This document shows positions 26,106-38,016 of a stretch of DNA of 64,000 nucleotides, in pieces. Numbering within the stretch: the first letter of the stretch is position 1; each line of letters starts with the position of its first letter. Origin of the DNA: Octopus vulgaris (lineage: Eukaryota); the NCBI GenBank assembly GCA_951406725.2, contig OX597837.1, forward strand, positions 38,812,001-38,876,000. The letters are read 5' to 3'. Below the pieces are notes generated by a model. The model saw only the letters and a list, made by a program, of their open reading frames with translations. It was not told where the DNA came from and did not search any database. The position numbers and the translations under genes are program-made.

Positions 26106-27398
26106 TTAGGTTGTCAAGAAAGTTCTTGCGGTTTTTAACCTTTAAATTCAGATGATACACATATCTTGGCTCAGACAGAACTTTATAAATCGAAATAAAT
26201 ACCATCAGAATCAACACACTTTTGCCAACGCGAAACAAGTTTATTTATGCCAGTAGCGTAAAAATCCTGCGTTTTGGTGTCGATGAAGTCGTTGAAGGCG
26301 TGTTTGGCATCGTCTTGGTTTTTCAAGCATTTCTCATGCAGGAAGTTGTCGAGATGCTTGAAAAAGTGGTCGTCGGTAGGCGAGAGGTCTGGTGAGTATA
26401 ATGGATGAGGCAGAGTTTCGTAACCCAATTCGTTCAACTTCTGCAGGGTCAGTTGTGTGACTTGCGGCCGAACATTGTTGTGGGGAAGAATTTGTCCTTT
26501 TCTATTGACCAATGCTGGCTGTTGTCGGAGTTTCTTATGCATTTCATCCATTTACTGACAGTACTTCTCCGCCATAATGGTTTCCCCTGGATCCAAAAAG
26601 CTGTGATGGATGAGACCGGCCGCAGGCCACCAAACAGTCACCATGACCTTCTTTTGGTGCAACTTTGGCTTCGGGAAATGCCGTAGAGCTTCGTCGGCGT
26701 CCAACCACTGAGCTGAGCATCGCCGGTTGTCGTAAAGAATCCACTTTTCATCGCAGGTCACAATCCGGTCGAGAAACAGGTCGTTCTAGTTGCATAATAG
26801 AAGGGATGACAACACTCCGAAACGGCTTTTTTTTTTTTTGTTGTCGTTCAATTTGTGTGACACCCATTTCTAAAGTATTTTTGTTTTTCCAATCTCCTTC
26901 AAGTGGTTGGAAATTGTCGTATACGTTACGTCTAATTCAGAAGCAAGCTCTCGAACAGTTGTGCGTGGATTGTCTTCCACTAAGGCTCTTAGTTGATCGT
27001 TGTCAATATCCGATAGCCGACCACTACGCTTACCATCTTCAAGACTCTCGACACCGCTACGAAATTTCTTAAACCATCATTGTGCTGTACGTTTATTAGT
27101 GGCTCTTGGGCGAAATGCATCGTTGATATCGTGAGCTATTCCAGCAGCTTTTTGGCCTAGCTTGAACTGGAATAAGAAAATAGTGCGAATTTGCTTTTTG
27201 TCCATGTTGTATTCAACATTCCTGAAAAAATGGCCTAATTATTCAAAAAGAAAAAGTGTAAAACGATTAGATAGAGCGAAAAACGGGCTTTAAAATGATA
27301 TATATATATAATCAAAGTAATTTAACGAAAATTGATTTGAAAATACATCATTTAAAACCAAAATTTAAAATTCCGCAAGAACTTTCTTGACAACCTAA
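26106..27398 (-). mobile_element. Complete Hsmar1-like (cecropia-type) mariner element, 1293 bp
   Basis: Perfect 26-bp TIRs TTAGGTTGTCAAGAAAGTTCTTGCGG, TA TSD on both sides, mariner-typical length. Confidence 0.95.
26183..27205 (-). pseudogene. Mariner transposase pseudogene
   Basis: MDKKQIRTIFLFQFKLG..., [18 protein letters not shown] (degenerate HDNARPH), YSPDLSPTD; broken by stops and frameshifts. Confidence 0.9.
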
Positions 27399-28276
27399 TA
27401 ACTACAAGATGCAAAACGCTTCAAGTAAGATATAGGATCCCTAAATACCTACTGCAGTTGCGATCTCATTTCATAGACTTTCAAATTTGTGTGACACCCA
27501 TTTCTAAAGTATTTTTGTCATTCCAATCTCTTTCGTCTAATTCAGAAGCAAGCTCTCGAACAGTTGTGCGTGGATTGTCTTCTTAGTTGATCGTTGTCAA
27601 CATCCGATAGCCGACCACTACGCTTATCATCTTCAAGACTCTCCATTTGCTAACAGTACTTCTCCGCCGTAATGGTTCCCCCTGGACCCAAAAAGCTGTG
27701 ATAGATGAGACCGTCCGCAGACCAACAAACAGTCACCAAATTTGTGCTCAAAACAATTTATTCATTACCTGAGTTGCTTAATACCATATCATAAACTGCT
27801 AACGAAAATGCTTATTATACATTTTACGCTTATCAACTTGAAACGACTTCTAACTGCGGGCTAATTCAACTTGAACCGAGTGAGATAATTCGCTGCCGTA
27901 TTTTTATTCACTACTGCTTTATTTTGGTTTGGCGCGTTTGGTTGAAGAGATTTGGATTGAATTCCCGTTGCATAACGATAACACTCGATGTGTACGTGTG
28001 TCCTTTCGGATATGGTTTGTATCTGAGTTTCATACATTATACAACTCCAGAAGTTTCTACTGAAGATCCACAAATTAATGGCGAAACATCGAAGTATAGA
28101 AATAACTGGTCATTTCATTTTTTCATATTGTCTTTGCCCCCACCCCCACATTCAACGTGCTATAAATAAGAATGTCTTCTTCGTGGTTTGGGGATTTGAC
28201 ATCTCTTTTCAGCATGTAAAGAGACCACGTAGTGGTTCTCCACTTAGTGTGTATTATATACGTACGTATAAATATA

Positions 28277-28319
<43 letters not shown>

Positions 28320-28832
28320 AAATAAGCAACAAGAATGACTCCGGTAATTTGGTACGATCGTTTCGTACTACATCATTTTATTAGTAAATATGGTTTTCTC
28401 TTTTTAACTATAAGACCTCTCTTATTCGATAAGTAATTTTATAAGATTTTCTAAACGATGAACCTTTATTTTATTTTACATTATATATTATATATTTTTA
28501 TATGCTTCCTATATTTATATATTTTTATACATCTATATATATATATATTACTTTATACTATATTTTTACGTCTTACATTCTAGGCGTTGTAATATATTTT
28601 TCGTAATCGCTAAAGTATTAACTTTTAACCGTGATGACCTGTATTCACATATATTCACACATATTCACACATTTTCTCTCGCACTTTCTTATATGCTTGT
28701 GCAGATGAATTATATTCCATCTTCCGTGATGTTATAAATGTATATTCTATGATTAAATGTTCGAGTTATGAAATGTTATGCAGATGACCTTGCCTTTGTT
28801 TATTCTATAACTTTAGTTTGATATATATATAC

Positions 28833-28877
<45 letters not shown>

Positions 28878-29181
28878 AGAATTTTAATTGATTTGCTTTT
28901 CGCAGGAAGGAAGTTTTCTTCGAAGTATACGTCTCGCTTTTATCCTTCGAAACGTTTAGTAGATGAAACCTTAGCGACTGAAGAAGGGGATTTTTCGTTG
29001 TGCTTACTGTCCTGTATCTCTTTTTTTGCTTGTCTTGTTCCTTGGTTTGTGTCTATGTTTTTCGTCTCTCTATGTGTTCGACGTCTTTTTGGTGTCCTGT
29101 ACACATATATGCGTGTATATGTACATGTAGAGGTAGGTACGTACATATATGTTTATATATATGCATATGTTCTATTTTATT

Positions 29182-29266
<85 letters not shown>

Positions 29267-29822
29267 AAATATTTCTCTGTCTTTCTCACTTTGCACCTCA
29301 CTGACCCTGCCTTTCTGTCGTCAAGCCAATCCTTGGCATGCTCTCTTTCTTCTCCCCTCCTTAATTCCTTCTTTCTCTCTCTTCTCCCCCTCATTGGTGC
29401 CTTTTTTCTCTCTCTTCTCCTCTCACGTGACCGCCAGTCAACTAGCCTTTCGGCTTCCTAGCACTGCCACGACAACATCGATTTATTTTCCAAATACGCC
29501 AGCTAAGCTAAGTTGAATTGTCTAAAGTCGAAAGACGCCTGTTGTTCTTGTCCTGTTATTATTATTATTGTTTTTTGTATTTATATTCGTGTAGCATCGT
29601 CCGTTTTTCTGTCCTTGTTTCGTATACATTCGATCCTTCTTCCAAGAAATCTAATGCCCGTAGCTTAGTTTTTCCTTGGGGCTGGCCGGATCGGAGCGAT
29701 CTCAAGATTAATCAGCCGGTATTGCGAGGTTGATCCAGTTCTCGACTGAAGATTAGAGGCTTCGAATGACCCACCGTTTTTTTGTGTCGTCTCTTTGAAT
29801 GTTTTGCGTTCTTGTCCCATTT

Positions 29823-29856
<34 letters not shown>

Positions 29857-29857
<1 letters not shown>

Positions 29858-30590
29858 CTTAGATATGTTTCGACCAGAGATTGGTCCAGGCCATGTCTAA
29901 CTTAATAGCACCACCTGATAGGATTATTCGAATCCTGTTTAAGTCAAGTTTTGTTCAAGTAGTGAGTTCTTGTTGGGTGAGTTGTATCCAATTATGGGTG
30001 GCTTATCTGGTATTCTTTGAAGGAATCTATCCAGACTCTGTTTAAAGTTGATGGAATCCTTTTCCTCTTTGATCTCCTTCGGGACAATGTTAAATAGGGC
30101 GGGGCCTGTTGAGGAAAAGAAATTATGTTGCAGTGTACATGTATGTTGTGATCTTAAATTTGGCAGGGGACGTATAGCCCGTGGTCCAAGTCTTGGATGA
30201 ACCTTGAAGCTAATTTTTAGGTCGTTTGGGCAAAGTTGGCGGTATATTTTCCACATCGTACAAATGATGTACCGCTCACGGCGACGCTGGAGGGAGTAAA
30301 GTTTCAAGGCTTTAAGGCGATCACAATAATCGAGAGCAGCCATGCCTTCAATTTGTTTAGTGAGAGCCCTCTGGGGTGACTCAATTCTGGAGATGTTTTG
30401 TCTTGTGTGAGGAGACCACAGTGGGCAGCAGTATTCAAGGTGTGGCCGTACAAAGGAGGGAAAAAGTGGTATGATGACACCTTGTTCTCTGGACCGGAAA
30501 GTTCTTAAGATCCAGGAACTCATCCTACGAGCTATATCGACCTTCATGTTGATGTGTGCACTCCAACTGAGATCGTCATCAACAATTATA
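29857..30590 (-). mobile_element. CR1-like LINE 3' fragment with intact 3' terminus
   Basis: VRPHLEYCCPLWSP...LKLYSLQRRRERY; 3' UTR ends CATGGCC-GACCA/TGGTC stem-loop-GAAAC. Confidence 0.85.
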
Positions 30591-30689
30591 TATATATATA
30601 TAATTATTATTTGAAGGAATAAAATCCAAACTTACAAGGAAAAAAATTCAATTTAGAAATACTAAATCAAATTTCACACAATATAATAT

Positions 30690-30980
30690 ATATATAAAAA
30701 ATTAGAAAAAAAAACACCTTTTATAAATTCAAAACGAATAATTAAATTACACCATCTAGAAAATTACATATAATAGAAATAATAAAATTAAAATAACAAT
30801 AAAACGTCAATGATTAAGTAAACGTATATAATTATATACGTTTTTATTATTTTTTTGCAATTTACTTAATCATTAACGTTTTATTAACTTAATTTTAATA
30901 TTTCTATTACATGTAATTTTCTAGATGGTGTAATTTAATTGTTCATTTAGAATTTATAAAAGGTCATTTTTTTCTAAATT

Positions 30981-30990
<10 letters not shown>
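30690..30990. repeat. AT-rich long inverted repeat (arms ~30690-30822 / ~30860-30990)
   Basis: AATTAAATTACACCATCTAGAAAATTACAT pairs with ATGTAATTTTCTAGATGGTGTAATTTAATT, and the flanks also pair. Confidence 0.85.
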
Positions 30991-31030
<40 letters not shown>

Positions 31031-31033
<3 letters not shown>

Positions 31034-31190
31034 CTTGTTTCAGTCATTTGACTGCGGCCATGCTGGAGCACCGCCTTTAATCGAGCAACTCGACCCCGGG
31101 ACTTATTCTTTTGTAAGCCCAATACTTATTCTATCGGTCTCTTTTGCCGAACCGCTAAGTGACAAGGACATAAACACACCAGCAGACACA

Positions 31191-31228
<38 letters not shown>

Positions 31229-31561
31229 TACGACAGGCTTCTTTCAGTTTCCGTCTACCAAATCCACTCACAAGGCTTTGGCCGGCCCGAGGCTATAGTA
31301 GAAGACACTTGCCCAAGGTGCCACGCAGTGGGACTGAACCCGGAACCATGCGGTTGGTAAGTAAGCTACTTACGTAGGAGTGGCTGTGTGGTAAGTAGCT
31401 TGTTTACCAATCACAGGGTTCCACGTTCAGTCCCACTGCGTGGTATCTTGGGCAAGTGTCTTCTACTATAGTCTTAGGCCGATCAAAGCCTTGTGAGTGG
31501 ATTTGGTAGACGGAAACTGAAAGAAGCCCGTCGTATATATGTATATATATATATGTGTGTG

Positions 31562-31607
<46 letters not shown>

Positions 31608-31815
31608 TGTGTCTGTGATTGTCCCCCTACCATCCATTGACAACCGATGCTGGTGTGTTTACGACCACGTAACTTAGCGATTCGACAAAATAAAGCGATA
31701 GAATAAGTACTAGGCTTACAAGGAATAAGTCCTGACAAGTGTCTTCTTCTATAGCCTCGGGCCGACCAATGCCTTGTGAGTGGATTTGGTAGACGGAAAC
31801 TGAAAGAAACCCGTC

Positions 31816-31851
<36 letters not shown>

Positions 31852-32060
31852 GAGGTGTATGTATGTGTGTATTTGTCCCTCCAGCATCGCTTGACAACCG
31901 ATGTTGGTGTGTTTACGACCCCGTAAGCTAGCGGTTTGGCCAAAGAGACCGATAGAATAAGTACTAGGCTTACAAAGAACAATGTCCTGGGATCGATCTG
32001 CTCGACTGAAAGCAGTGCTCCAGCATGACCGCAGTCAACTGACTGAAACAAATAAGAGAA
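31031..32060. mobile_element. SINE A cluster: one minus copy fused head-to-head to two tandem plus copies
   Basis: Junction GCTACTTAC-GTAGGAGTGGC at ~31373; second plus copy starts at ~31734. Confidence 0.85.
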
Positions 32061-32324
32061 AAGAAAAAAAGAATATATATGCTGGTATGTAATATGCTTC
32101 TTTCCTTTTTTAACTACAGCTGCAAGAACATCACGAAACCTGTTCCTCAGAGTTTCATGTTCCCATTCCTGGAAACTCTGAGTAACAGTTTTCGCAATGT
32201 TTTTGCACCTTCTATAAAAAAAGAAAAAAAATTATGACTCTGCCTTCGGTATTCGAGTACTATTTTTCTTTCCACCCTGGTTTGTATTTACATGCTTACT
32301 CGTATGTTTGTATGTATCCTGGTG

Positions 32325-32397
<73 letters not shown>

Positions 32398-32823
32398 ATT
32401 TGACAACCGGTTTTGGTTTGTTTGCATCCCAATCACGTAAGGGTTCAGTAAACAGATGTCTATCGAATAAGTACAAAGCTTTTAAAACAGAAATACAAAA
32501 ACAACAAAACTGAGGTTCGTTTCGTCGCAGAATCATTTCAAAGTAGTGCCCCAGCATGGCCACAATGCAATGGTTAAAACAATATAACATAAAGTATGCT
32601 AATATAGCTGAAAACAACTCCATAATCACAGAAATATTCAAATTTTTTTAAAACAAACTTCCATATAAAAAAAAAATTTTTTTAACTAAACTTCAAGAGC
32701 AATAACAATGCATGGGAAATAACTCTTACTAATCTACTCTTGAAGTTACCTCCCTTAGAACAGAGAATTATATTCGCGTTTTAATTTTCTTAAATATTTT
32801 TCGTTCTTTTGTTGTTTTATTTG

Positions 32824-33184
32824 TTGCGGCCATGCTGGAGCACCGCCTTTAGTCGAGCAAATCGACCCTAGGACTTATTCTTTGTAAGCCTAGTACTTAT
32901 TCTATCGGTTTCTCTTGCCGAACCGCTAAATGACGGGGACGTAAACACACCAGCATCGGTTGTCAAGCGATGTTGGAGAGGACAAACACACACACACATA
33001 CATATATATATACATATATACGACGGCCTTCTTTCAGTTTCCGTCTACCAAATCCACTCACAAGGCTTTGGTCAGCCCGAGGCTATAGTAGAAGACACTT
33101 GCCCAAGGTTCCACGCAGTGGGACTGAACCCGGAACCATGTGGTTGGTTAGCAAGCTACTTACCACACAGCCACTCCTGCGCCT
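32824..33184 (-). mobile_element. SINE family A
   Basis: Reverse complement of family A, 3' end truncated. Confidence 0.85.
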
Positions 33185-33747
33185 TTGAAATGCTTCTTTT
33201 GAGGTAAGATTCCAGCAACGTGGGAGCCTTTGTGAGATTGTTTATTTTGCTAGATATAGCAGCCAAAGATGCTTCAGATAGTGACTCATTATATTAAATA
33301 GATGCCCAGTTTGTTTATATGTGTGTCTGTGCGACTGTATTCGAGTGTGTGTATGTGGTGGAGTAGCAAACGAAGCCATAATAACGAAATTATGAAAAGC
33401 ATTCAAATATGAAGAAGCCGTCTTCTTAAAACTGTGCAAAACAACGCTAGAAATAAGAGGAAAACATCTAAACGTCGATGATACATGGGAGACAACTGTT
33501 ATAAAGCTTTTTATGTAAGTTATCTCCCTTAGGCTATAGCTTTAAAATTTACTGCTTCAAACGCTTCCGGTTTCGAAAAGAGTCGGGTCAAGTGGAGGAC
33601 TTTAGGAGGCCGTTTGCTTTGCTAGTTATAGCAGCAAAATATCCCTCAGAGAATACCTGGTATCAATTAAATGCAAGGTACAGAGGATTAATGGGCGGGA
33701 TTCTGCGTTCAACACCGCAAATAAGGCTACGAAAGTGAAAAGATCCG

Positions 33748-34420
33748 GTATTTCGTCTGCCGCTACGTTCAGTGTTCAAATTCCGCCGAGGTCGACTTTG
33801 CCTTTCATTTTTTCGGGGTCGATTAAATAAGTACCAGTTACGCACTGGGGTCAATATAATTGACTTAATCCCTTTGTCTGTCCTTGTTTGTCCTCTGTGT
33901 TTAGTCCCTTGTGGGTAGTAAAGAAATAGGTATTTCGTCTGCCGCTACGTTCTGAGTTCAATTTCCGCCGAGGTCGACTTTGCCTTTCATTCTTTCGAGA
34001 TCGATAAATTAATAACCAGTTACGCACTGGTGTCGATATAATCGACTTAATCCGTTTGTCCTCTCTGTGTTTAGCCCCTTGTGGGCGACCTCGGCGGAAT
34101 TTGAACTCAGAACGTAACGGCAGACGAAATACCTATTTCTCTTTCTTTACTACCCACAAGGGGCTAAACACAGAGGGGACAAACAAGGACAGACATAGGT
34201 ATTAAGTCGATTACATCGACCCCAGTGCGTAACTGGTACTTAATTTATCGACCCCGAAAGGACGAAAGGCAAAGTCAACCTCGGCGTAATTTGAACCCAC
34301 AACGTAACGGCAGACGAAATACCGCTAAGCATTTCGTCCGGCGTGCTATCGATTCTGCCAACTCGCCACCTTCCGATAAATTAAGTACCAGTGACTCGCT
34401 GGTATCGATGTAATTGACCA
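33748..34420. mobile_element. SINE B cluster: two tandem plus copies facing minus copies
   Basis: Repeated GGTATTTCGTCTGCCG...CCCCTTGTGGG units, then their reverse complement from ~34086. Confidence 0.85.
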
Positions 34421-35235
34421 TCACCCCCCCCCGCCACGTACGCAATCGGTTGTCCTTTTGCCTTTAGCTGATTGGATAATTACTATAACTCTTTTGTAAA
34501 AAAAATAGGAAAGTAACTGCAGTTGAAAATTTAAACCCGTCTTTCTCCGAATCGTGAATCAGGAAGTTTTGCAGATTGGGTAACGTTAATGGTTATTTAT
34601 ATTTGCATTTTATAACTGCTACTTTTAGCGATCCTTTGAAAAATGAGAGTTTAAGTGTAAGGCGATCACATCGTAGGCTATCTTTTTTTTTTTCCTGTAG
34701 GCTAACATGTTTATCTGGCATCAGTTCCCAACAGGGTCCCATGTAAAACCCTTGCTATTAAGATTTGTGCATAAGAATTATACTTCTATAATACACAAAA
34801 TATTCGGCGATCTTCTAGAAATTTTTTTAAAAATACAATTCCTCATAATATTTAATTCCAAAGCCGGTGCTACTTGAGAACAATGGTCACGGTGCGCGCA
34901 CTCGCGTTAGCTAGTTTTCATAATTAGTCGATCCTTACTTTGTGTCTTTTTCTGTTTTATTTACTTTGTTTGGCAGTCATGCCTTTGGTTGCTAGGATGA
35001 AAGTAGAAAAAGCGTGACGTCATTTTGACGTCACACTTTTTCTCGTCCATCTTCGTTTCTTTCCGTATAATTTATCAAATTAAAAAACGCAAAATCAAAA
35101 ACGCGTGTAAATATATCAAATTAATAAACGCAAATTATTTAGAATGTAAAAATATTATTTTCAACGGAGAGATTATCAAAATATAAACTTGAAGTTAAGT
35201 TTTAAAATAAATGTGATACTTATACTTTCTATATC

Positions 35236-36642
35236 TCAAACACATGGATATAGCTGTCGAATTTGCTCCATCAACTTTCCGAATATATCGTCCTTAAATT
35301 CATAGCGCCACATGAATTCGATGAGATGGGTCTGAAGTAAATTTCGTGCTGTTCCATTTTCTCTTCTGGGCGATGTTTCGCTTGTCGTAGCACACGTTTC
35401 CGTCGATTTCCGTAAAAAACTTTTATTTTTTTACATAAGTAATGAGAGCGAAAGAGACTAAGAGGAAGCGATTTTATGACGAGGAAATTTCTCTTTGAAG
35501 TCTCCGTGTGTGTGTTTGATGGGGTGTGGGAGACAGACAGTATGTTGTGTAAGTGAAGTGCTTCTGTTAGTGTGTGTGAAGAGACAGAGAGAGTAATGTG
35601 TGAAAGAGAGAGATAACTGAAATTTTTTACTCGGTGTATGTGTATATGTATGTCTGCATGTATGTGTGTGTGTATGTATCTATGTATGTGTGTGTGTGTA
35701 TGTATGTGTGTGTATGTATGTGTGTGTATGTATGTGTGTATGTATTAATGTATGTATGTATGGCCGATTCAGTGTTTACATTTTTTACGGAAATCGACGG
35801 AGGAAATCGACAATCGACGGAGGAAATCGACGGAAACGTGTGCTACGACAAGCGAAACATCACCCTCTTCTGTTACGATTCTTCACATGTTTCCATAAAC
35901 ATTCTATGTGGTTGGTTGTGGCAAATGTTACCGGATCAACAAAATTTATTGAATGATTCACGGTCAAATGTCTGTATCCTAGCTGATTGAGCGTATTATA
36001 CGAACGCCAAAGGTCGGAAATTATGGTTGTACCAGGCAATATACGCTCTCGTATAATTTGTAAAAGAGTGTCCGCTGTCCGATCTTCCACTGCCACTAAT
36101 AAACATCTGGTAACTCTTTCTAAAGCACCAAACACCCACTGCGTTTTAACCCGATGGCCAACATTATATTTTCTTCTAACAAACGCGCTTTCGTCTATCT
36201 CTACGATTCGGTTCGGTCCTCCGAGCTTAATGTTCTGTGCAACATAATATTCTGCACATATATCACGGCAAAAATCCCTCCAATCTGTCACGGCTACATT
36301 TGCTAAATGACATTCCTGTCCTATTCCCTTGGCTAAATCTTCTTTGGCCCAGTAATACAATATATCTATGATTTGTTGACACTTCAATTTACTATTTTCT
36401 AAAAATGTTCCTTTTCTAATTGAAACGGTTTTTCGACAAGGCCTTCCACACGACCATATTACTTCATCCGATATACTTTTTTTCGCTATTTCACTCATGG
36501 TACCTCCACACGATATACATATTTTCTGGGTATTCAAAAGGCCATGTCTCTTAAGCCAATTAATGCTATCTGCTGTTGTAGCCGTGGCGATGGCAATATC
36601 GCGGTGACTAATTCCTCTTAGACTTGGATATGCTAAAGCCAT
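35236..36642 (-). pseudogene. Merlin DDE transposase interrupted by a MITE (300 aa when reconstructed)
   Basis: CxxC N-terminus, VEIDES, WVFG, IISDLWRSY, VNHS, TNHIECLW; C-terminus ENGTARNLLQTHLIEFMWR...LYPCV* resumes in frame at 35360. Confidence 0.9.
35369..35864. mobile_element. Merlin-type MITE inserted in the transposase
   Basis: 43-bp TIR GG(C/T)GATGTTTCGCTTGTCGTAGCACACGTTTCCGTCGATTTCC (1 mismatch); perfect 8-bp TSD CTCTTCTG. Confidence 0.93.
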
Positions 36643-38016
36643 ATTGAAAATTTTTTCGCACGTGTTGATATCACACTGAAAGACTTTCTAACTGAATAAA
36701 TTTCAAAGTTTGAATTACGCACGTGGTGGTCAGTGGTCATTCTGATTGGTGTATGTGATCGCGATTTTGGTCATGGGGGTTCATTTGTGCAGATTTGGTG
36801 TGATTTCTTTTTTAAAAACAATAATGAATAATGCAAGAATATATTTATTTATAAAGTTTAAACAGAATAAGTATCACATTTATTTTAAAGATTAACTTCA
36901 AGCTTTTATAAACCTAGCGTGGTGGTACGTAAATAAACGGCGAAAATTAAAGCGTGGTGGTACGTAAATAAACAAAAGTTTAAACATGACGACGTAAATA
37001 CACGAAGTTGACGTCTGACATCAGATTTTTCTACTTTCACTTCTGACAACCAAAGGCATGACTGTGCCCTTTGTTTAAAAAAATTTACTTTGTGTGAAAA
37101 AATTATTTATTTTGTGTTTTATTTACTTTTATTTACTTTGCTAGGTAGTCGTTGTAGGATCGACTAGTCACGACTAGCTAGCACCGATACGCGAGTGCGC
37201 GCACCGGGACCACTCTTCTTAAATAGTACCCTTGTTAACTACCTCCTAGGACCCGCAAAGCTACGACTGCCATCTTCCAAGTTGGCACTTCTCCACATTC
37301 TTCTGTTTAAATTCCAGTGAAGGAGCCTTGAATCTATGTCAGCACTTTCACTAGAAATAAATAATTATATAACATACACACTACGCCCCCCCCCCTGTGT
37401 GTATAATGAAATATATATTTAAAATATATATTTGCAACAGATATCGCTTAGATCCTGTAGATTGAGTGTATTCACAGGTTTGTTACAAAAACTAAAGACA
37501 CACGCATACATAAATCCATATATGCATGGTTCAGTGAGAGGAATATCGAAAAATTCACACGATCTGACTTTTTTCCCCTCCATAACTTTCAGGGGAAATG
37601 GCTATACTTTTTGTAATGGATCGTAAACACACCAGCATCAGTTCTCAAGCGATGCTGGGGGGGACAAACAGACACACAAACATACACACTTCTTTCAGTT
37701 TCCGTTTACCAAATCCACTCACAAGACTTTGGTTGGCCCGAGGCTATAGTAGAAGACACTTGCCCAAGGTGCCACGCAGTGGGACTGAACCCGGAACCAT
37801 GTGGTTGGTAAACAAGCTACTTACCACACAGCCACGTTGCAAGAACTAAAACTTTTTTCAAGGTTCAGTGAAAGGAATATCGGAAAATTTCACACGATCT
37901 GACTTTTTTCCCTCCATAACTTTCAGGGGAAATGGCTATACTTTTTGTAAAGGATCGAGGAGGGGGAAGGAATTTCGGATCAGACGGCCCACATAAGTTG
38001 GAAATTGGGGCAATTT

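Larger units (their letters stand above)
34972..37068 (-). mobile_element. Autonomous-type Merlin (IS1595/IS1016-like) DNA transposon
   Basis: TIRs GG(CA)CAGTCATGCCTTTGGTTG; perfect 8-bp TSD CTTTGTTT (34964-34971 / 37069-37076); encodes a DDE transposase. Confidence 0.92.
34866..37230. mobile_element. Outer GG-terminated MITE (host of the Merlin insertion)
   Basis: Imperfect TIR GGTGCTACTTGAGAACAATGGTCACGGTGCGCGCACTCGCGT vs inverted GGTACTATTTAAGAAGAGTGGTCCCGGTGCGCGCACTCGCGT; no TSD recognised. Confidence 0.7.

Noticed and set aside
28340-28375. GAAAC-GATC-GTA half-hammerhead on the minus strand
   Set aside because: No CUGANGA partner found nearby.
35860-36642. Bacterial IS1595 contamination or recent bacterial transfer
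   Set aside because: Embedded in host-type repeats with Merlin TIRs and TSD and interrupted by a host MITE; consistent with a eukaryotic Merlin.
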